This document shows, in pieces, positions 48,901 through 56,341 of a stretch of 56,341 nucleotides of DNA. The stretch's first letter is position 1. The number at the start of each line of letters is the position of its first letter. A program made the translations under genes and the position numbers. The notes under the pieces were generated by a model. The model saw only the letters and a program-made list of their open reading frames with translations, made no database searches and was not told the origin of the DNA. Origin of the DNA: Chara braunii (taxonomy: Eukaryota > Plantae > Charophyceae); assembly GCA_003427395.1 (NCBI GenBank), contig BFEA01000018.1:5015602-5071942 (forward strand). The letters run 5' to 3'.

Positions 48901-51557
48901 CTGCCACGTGCAATTTCACATTTTCCCCTTCCAACCGACCAATTTCATTCTACTCTAGGAAGATCCCATGCAGCCCTCCCTGCCCCCCCATCTCACCCTT
49001 CTCATCCGCCTCCCACCACCCCCTCTTACTTCTTCCCACGCCCTCAAGCTGTGTCCCGACCAAGCATTGACTCCCTCCCGAAGAAACTGACAACCTCAGC
49101 TAGGGATCAGGAGGAACAGCAGCAGTGATAGGTCACGTGGCGTGGAGTGCGCAGTCCGAACACAATATCGTGAAGGAGAGACTGGGACATCCGAAGGCCA
49201 AAAGGCTCGTCACGGTGCCAAGACATAGTACCTGTGTGGGCACTAACACTGGTGACACTGGGTTCCTGAGGCCTCTCCATAATGAACACTGAGCAGCTGA
49301 TTGACAACATAACGTGGAGTCTTGGAGATGGGGGTGGCAGATGGAACCACGTCAGGGTTTGAGGATCTGTGGGTATAAAGACACAACTGATGCACAAGGG
49401 AGATGGAGATAGGGCCAACGCAGGTAGAAACAGGACAACAACACAGCGCAATCAGCAATGACTACCTACAATACAGATTGAGCCACGAAAAAAAAAAAAA
49501 AAAAAAAAAAAAGATTGAGCCACAAAAGAGAGGGCGGATGAAACCGGATGTCTGTAGGGTGGGATTTAAGGGTACTGAATCAGATATGAAAGGAAGGACA
49601 ACATAACTTCATATAGAGGTGACAGGCTGACCATGCTCCTCTGCAACAGAGTTGGCGCATACGGTGTCACAAGAGAGTCGGAGCATAGGGTGTCACACAA
49701 GAGTTAATATTCCGAAGGCTTGTAGAGTAGGGTTTAGGGTTTAAGGCAGCTGATAAAAAATAACAGTCGACACAACTTACCCCGGGACTTAATAACAGGA
49801 TCATGACAGATTGTGGGGCTATACTAGGGGTCGGTGTACCAGATCCCTCACAATGGAGGTGGGCGGGGTAGGTAGGGCAGGACCATTTCTGGTCAATACA
49901 AACCACAAGTCATAAGGACATGTTATATCCAGCGCATCTGAACTGCTAGTAGAGCTATGAAAAGGCGGACATAATGTAATAAAATGGGACGCTGGGCCCG
50001 GTTCCCAGCAGGTGCAGCTCCCCACCAGTAGATGGAGCCTTCACACACAGGGCTCTGCTTAGCGAGGATGCTCTTAGTAGTACCAACTCGCTAAGCAGCT
50101 CACCCAAGCCTCAAGTTTCCTCTATAAAAACAAAGAAACAAACAAAAAAAATCATCCAAAGCAAACACAGCAACCAAGCCAAAACGCTAGTATCACTGGC
50201 AAGCGGCCTCAATTTCCTCAAAAGATACTGTACAACGCACCAGTGAGACAAGAAGCAAAGATACCGTACAACCGTACTATAACGTGCCAGTCCGAGTTGA
50301 AAAAAAAAAAAAAAACCGTGCCAGTAAGACAAGGAACAACATCTAAAAAATTTTCTATGCGGAGAATGCGCGTCTAAAACGACACAGCAATTGTCTTCAA
50401 CCCAGCAGGCCGAGGCTTGAAACCAACAGGCCGAGGCTTGATCACTCAGAACTTGCTGCCATTGCCGAGATGAACATCGCCGCTGGCAGCTCGCTGGATT
50501 CCATCAACAAGTTGTAATCGACGTCGCTGTCAAGCGTAGGATAAGCTTGAAGTGTGTGACAGTCTCCCACTACGACGATCGCAGTGCCAGCAGCAAACTT
50601 GAAGTGTGTGACAGTTTCCCACTACGACGATCGCTCCAGAGTCCAGAGTCCAGAGTCCAGCCGTCACAGGCTGCTCCTGAAAAAGCACAGGGAACAGGAA
50701 AACCCCGGGGCCCGGGCCCGGTCCTACGAAAGTTCCATATCAAAGTCAACGGGACAACGCCCCTGATTAGTTCCACAAGTTTTGTGACACCATCCGGCGA
50801 CCACCCCCCTACTGCCCATACGTTGTAACCTCATCCCTCGTGGTTACAGATATTCCTGACAAGAGTCAGTTGCAAAACTTGGAATTAGCCAAAAAAAAGC
50901 AATGGCCATAATTGGCCACGCAACACTCAGAACTGTCTCAGCGTGCCCCTCCTACTAGTAGACTAGACTAGCAGTAATGCCCGTGCGCTCCACCCCTGCG
51001 TCCACCCCCCAGGCTGCGCCACCGTAGCCAGTCCAAAGCTGTGTTCTGGCATATATGATAATATGAGGTCAACTAATGAATCAGATGCCATCATTGCCAT
51101 GATTGGCCGTCAACTTCGTCATCGCGATCCTCCCACGGAACGATGCATTAGCGCCGCACACCAAATGCACTTTTGTCGCAGCAGCCAGAATTTCGAAATT
51201 CGATATGACCCTGGCAGTGAGGCAAAAGCTGTTCTGTTTACTTTTCTGCATAACATAGTTTTTGAATTTAGTTTTGAATTTTTTTTTACCTTTTTTTCAC
51301 AGGGACTTTCCATGACCCTTGCCCAGCTGGGCTGCCCGGGCTCGTAGCCCAGACAAGTGGAAGTATAGGAGGCCCAAGCTTTTCGGGCTTCAGGGGCTTG
51401 AAGCCGAAGTTGGTGGCAACTTTGCAAGCTATGAAACCGTGTGCTGATTGCGCACAGCGGCACAGGCTCTGCGCTCAAAAATTGAGCTCCACTCAATTCC
51501 GCTGAAAGGAGGGGGGGGGTAGGGGGCCAGCAGACCCGGGCAGGGGGCCAGGAAATG

Positions 51558-51592
<35 letters not shown>

Positions 51593-52096
51593 CACAACTC
51601 CCAACCCCCCTGAACCCCCGAACTGCCGACCTAACCCCTCAAACCCCAACCCCCCNNNNNNNNNNNNNCCCCCCCCCCCCCCCCCCGTCCCCCCGGTGTC
51701 TCCCCGACATGTGCACGCTCAATTTCCTGCGCCCACCTCAAAATCATTTGAGCATGATTGAGCGCACGCACGTGGGGTTTGAGCACACAATCGTGCTCAT
51801 CCTGCTCAAACGATTACACAGGCGAGCTTCGCCCTTCACTAACCATTTTGTGTTTTTCCAATTTAAATGGCATACACGGGTACTGCGCTGAATAGAAAGT
51901 GGGATAAATCCCTAAGATCCTGGAAGGCTGGAAGCCAGTGGAAGGGACAAATAACTCATAGCATAGAAGGGAGCTGCACTGACCAGAGAGTGGGATAACC
52001 CCCTGAGATCCTTGGAGGGACAACTAATTCCAACCCTAGGATGATCAATTTGTTTGAAGTTGTTTCGCATACTTGATATCTGCGCAATATACTATC

Positions 52097-52900
52097 TTTT
52101 TTTTTTTTTTTTTTTTTCTTTTTTTTTGCAAACACCCCCTCCACAGGCCTCCAGTGCTACCTGTGCTGGTAAGGGCAGTCACCGCTAGCACCGCCGGGGA
52201 GGCTCCATCTATTGGTGGGGAGCAACACACCTGCTGCTGGAAAGCGGGTGCAGCGTCCCATATACAGAATGAAAATACTAGAGGATACACCTGCCAGCCT
52301 GCCAGCATTGATTTAATTTAGTCTGGGGTCCAGAGGATTGACTGAGCAGGGCAGATAGAAGGGGGGCAGATAAAAGGGGCCGGAACATGAGGACAATAAG
52401 GGAGCGGATGAGAGAATGAAGTGAAGAGTCTGAAGACAGGTTTCAGAGGGTAAAGCAAGATTTCCGGGAAATTGGCAGGAATCATGGCCGGTGTCGCCCA
52501 AATGACATAGCCTAGCCCTTGTAATCCACCTGCTGCGGTCCTGCTCACTCCGCTCCATACCATTGCATGTCCACCATAGCAAGCTGGTGGGGAGGAAAGG
52601 GAGCGGGAAAATCCGAGGGCGGCCGTAGCGGGATCCCTTGACTCACTGCTGTCCAATCTTTGAAGCAGAATCTGATCTGATAATCCTTCTTGATCGTCTC
52701 CCTGTTGCCCTCCGGAATGCCTTCGTTGCCATCCTGGGCACGACCGCCCTCCCACTTGATGAAGGCGATTCGGCCCCCGTCCTCGCCGCCCAGCCAGTCC
52801 CCTGAGAATTGTTTTGTTGGATTGTTTGTTTTATATCTTTCTGAGTTTGAAACAGATCCAGCCGATTTTCGGCTTTTGGGTAATCTACTAATCTGAAAAG
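52097..52900 (-). mobile_element. LINE 3' end relic (ORF2 terminus, 3'UTR, structured tail, poly(A))
   Basis: ETIKKDYQIRFCFKDWT resembles EITRDYRLHFNEWT; tail motif at 52202-52259; T tract at 52097-52127. Confidence 0.75.
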
Positions 52901-53058
52901 AAGGGAACACAACCAAGTTCCAAAGAGTTGCACAGAGCCCAAACCAACACGTCCAACACAACTGCCACACCCAAACACCAAAAAAAAAAGAAAAAAGAAA
53001 AAAAAAACTAAAGAAAAGGACTGCAGACCTCGTCACCTCAAGGCTCAAGGACATCTTC

Positions 53059-53330
53059 TTTTTTTTTTTTTTTTTTTGTCTTTTTTTTTTGGGAAAGCAT
53101 GATAAGCATCTGTGGCAGCCTGCTATTGGAGAATTTGGAGGTGATACGAGCATCCTCCAATAGCAAGCCCCAGTTTAAAGATGGCTCCAATCTATTGGTC
53201 GGGAGCATCACCTGCTGGAAACCGGGTCCAGCGTCCCACTAAGCCCACTGACAAGATCAGAGAACGTACACCTGGCAGAACAGCATTGATTCAATTTTGA
53301 ATTTTGATTGCCCTCTCATGAGGAGATTGA
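53059..53330 (-). mobile_element. Short LINE 3'-tail relic
   Basis: Tail motif at 53184-53237, CAGCATTGATT shared with other copies, T tract at ~53059-53090. Confidence 0.65.
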
Positions 53331-54959
53331 CTGTCTGCCTAATCAGCACCCAGGTCACAAGCATGTATTAAGGTCTAGCCATGTAGAGGGTGACAAAAAC
53401 TGTCTTCCAATCTAACCTTAATCCTTCACAGTCCTAGTTGTGCATGGCAAACCCTAGCCCCCCTCCCTTCACAAGACTGCTGCCCAGCTTGGTGATTTAC
53501 ATTTTCCACAAGCTTAGGTCGTCTGCCTACCCTGGCCTTATCCTGAGCTGTTCACCCGGCGAAGAACATTCACACATCCATGCACACTGGACGTGGATCT
53601 CGAAGTCAAAACTGCCTAAGTGCCTCCAGATGTCAGACTCAAGAGGTTCAAACACAGGTGGGTCAAGGCCCTCAAGGGGACACGAGGGCTTCTGTTGTTC
53701 AATTCCAAAACAGAAGGCCTGAGAAGGGATCCAGGGGATTTTCATAACTTGGTATCTACATCTCCCCAGGTATCAAAACTCCCCAGGACCATGAATGATC
53801 TAAGTTCATCTAACCCATCCTCAACTTGAACACCACCACGTCAGAGTGTGATCCCCCCCCCCGAATCCTCAACATCACCATGATGATCACTGTCAAATTG
53901 TCAAATTGAATGCCTGTCGTCACTACTCTCCTTGCTGCCATCGCCAGAAGATGCCACGCCATCACCCCGAGAACCTAAGCTGACTTCAGACTCGTCTTCT
54001 CAAGCATAAAAAATGCACTGCACCTCCTCCTCTCGGGTGCAATCCTTGAATCCCCTTCAACTCCTCTCACCATTATTAACCCCATAATCTTCCGCTCCTC
54101 TTCGTCTACGTATGTACAGTTCCGGCCCTTCGGGGATCTGAACACCAACCCACCCAGATCTATACATACATAGACTAGCATGAGGATGCGGTAGATGAGA
54201 AGGATGAGTACATAGATAATTGAGAGAAGAATATACCTTACTTCAAAAAAAAAATAAAAAAAATAAAAATAAAAAAATTCGCTCTATCGGAGTCTATCCA
54301 CCCCCTCTCCATCTCTAATCTGAACGTCCTCCCGTCACTCCCGAGTCCCGACCTATAACAGGGATGGTTGTCTATCAAACTGAAACTGTGCTTTTACTTC
54401 CAAGTTCAAACTTCAAACCAATTTCATAGTTTTCCTGTCCTTACTAACAATTTACCAATAGCCTACAATAGGTTTCCCCCAACTTTCCCAGCCATTTTGC
54501 AGAAACGCGCAACGCGCTGACGCGCTGTGCATGCTGGCGTGTTGGATTGAGTCGAGCACTGACAAGCAGGAAGCACGTACTGGCAGGTGGTGCCGTGATG
54601 ATGGTTTCGCCCATAATCCATCCCGCGATGATCCCGGCAAATCGGGCAGGATGCACTGGGTGGCATGACATGCAACTCGTTTTGCCTGGATGGACGGGCA
54701 CAAAGCAGCACCTGGCACTGGCTGGCAGTACTTAACCCGCCAACACGGAAGCGTGGCATGCCTGGATGTTGCCACAAGACAGTGAAGACACTGAAGACAG
54801 CACCTACTAGGTAGTAGGTTCTAGGTACTTCTCCCTGGTTCTTACCCCCGGACGCGGAACCATGCACGCCACGTCTCTGACAAAATGGCTGGGAAACGTA
54901 CTGGCAGGCCGTGGCAGCTTAAGCATTCCAGAGGCGGTTGGTCAATACAACCCCCCTTC

Positions 54960-55127
54960 TTAAACTACCAGTACCTTTCCCAGCTATTTTTCAGAGGCGC
55001 ACTGGGTGACCCACTGGCCCAAAACGGAAGGGCAGCCCCTGATAAATCGAGCCGGCGGCCAGTCTTGATTTTCGGGCCGGCCCGCAGTGCCCGCGGCCAA
55101 CATATGTGAAAGTTACTAGCGGTTTAA
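54960..55127. mobile_element. TTAA-bounded MITE, diverged copy
   Basis: TTAAACTACCAGTACCTTTCCCAGCTAT ... AAGTTACTAGCGGTTTAA. Confidence 0.55.
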
Positions 55128-55348
55128 ATTCATGGAGTACTCACTGAACTTGACTGAAGCTCATTTTACCAAAAGCGTGGCAGTGTATATTTCCACGTTC
55201 TAGCGGAAGATTCATTCCACTTTGTTCATGGAAGTAGCGTGAGGCCGGCCGTAGGGTTGACTTACCTGTTGGCCGGTGTGTTGCTCATCCTATCTGTGGG
55301 GTTGACTTACCTGTTGGCCGGTGTGTTGCTCATCCTATCGATGGAAAA

Positions 55349-55381
<33 letters not shown>

Positions 55382-56341
55382 GCACACACACACACGACCC
55401 CCAGCCCACAGGGGCCCACACCCTCACACCAGAAACACCTGCCCTGGGCCCTGACACGTTCGGGGGCCTGCGCGAACATGTCAAACGCGTTTAGTCGCGT
55501 TCAATGAACGCGCATTCACCGCGTTCAAAACATGACCGCGAAACGCGTGTTCATTGAACGCGCCGCAAGGCCCGCAACACAGTGCCTGAGCAACGGATGG
55601 GGGACCACTGGACCCTGTTTCGAGCAAAGGCTGAGTGGGCCAGTATTTACCCCCAGTATTTAACCGGGTTGATTTCTTTTCATTTTTTGGAAAGCTAGGC
55701 TATATTCCTCTCTCAATTTCACCTCTTAGGCTCTTACTACCTACCTACCTACCTACCACTACTCTTCGCCTAATAGTATACAGGAGACCCCTGCTACCTC
55801 TCACAATCCAGGGGATGCATGTTGCCACCCACCCCAATCCTAATGGGCAATTATGGGCCTAATCAGCAGATTCAGCACACAATTCAGCAGTGGTCAGGGA
55901 GTAGGCTCAGTAGGGTAACTAGGGTGTGGTCCGCAGTAAAGTGCGGTCGCCAGCTAATGCAAAGACCAGGCATTTTGACCGTAGCTGCGCCTCGCCGCCT
56001 CGGCGCCTCCCATTTACACTCCCCAATAACAGCAGTGACTCTGGCCAGTCATCACACACGTCACACACCACACACCGCCACACACACACACACACACACA
56101 TACACACGTGATGACCATGAACCCTACCATTACCTTCAGGCTTCAGGTGGAGCGAGCCAACTATCTCTGTTGTCACCGAGCTTGCCCAGGCGGTCGATGG
56201 AGATTGAACTCATAACCTGCTGAGTCCTGAATGCCGCTTGGCACTTGCGGACATTTTGCTGTGACAGGACCGGTGCAGCAAGCCCACTATCTGTCGGATG
56301 ACACCAAGCATGCCCAGGCACGAGGTGGTCAGTGGAGATCA

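Noticed and set aside
49728-49746. Interstitial telomeric TTTAGGG repeat
   Set aside because: Only ~2 units; compatible with chance.
53438-53830. Possible RT relic (ADDL on the minus strand near 53515)
   Set aside because: Too degraded; no other RT motifs confidently aligned.
56134-56341. Possible host exon on the minus strand ending in AG|GTAAT
   Set aside because: No recognisable protein similarity, and the region is truncated by the window end.

Overview
Repeat-rich eukaryotic draft-assembly scaffold with N gaps, many microsatellites and poly(A) tails. TE types and composition suggest a streptophyte alga such as Chara, but this is inference only. I could not support any host housekeeping gene. 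The window is dominated by a nested structure. A minus-strand plant-type L1 LINE (~3.35-39.5 kb) has its ORF1 split by a 25.7-kb DNA transposon (12314-37990) with 26-bp TIRs, and removing the insert restores the ORF1 frame. The transposon carries an intact 780-aa DDD-type transposase, two intact diverged paralogous orphan ORFs, a poly-Asp ORF, a ~5.2-kb decayed ORF with a ParB/Srx-like domain plus a degenerate beta-class amino-methyltransferase-like fold, and a decayed Ulp1/C48 protease. It also contains about 40 copies (manual count) of an element-specific 22-bp imperfect palindrome, AAGTTCG-GATCCCGG-CGAACTT, concentrated upstream of its genes. The flanks hold LINE relics sharing a covarying hairpin plus pseudoknot 3' tail, several MITE families and a tRNA-derived SINE. 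Domain calls come from motif recognition by eye, not database searches.
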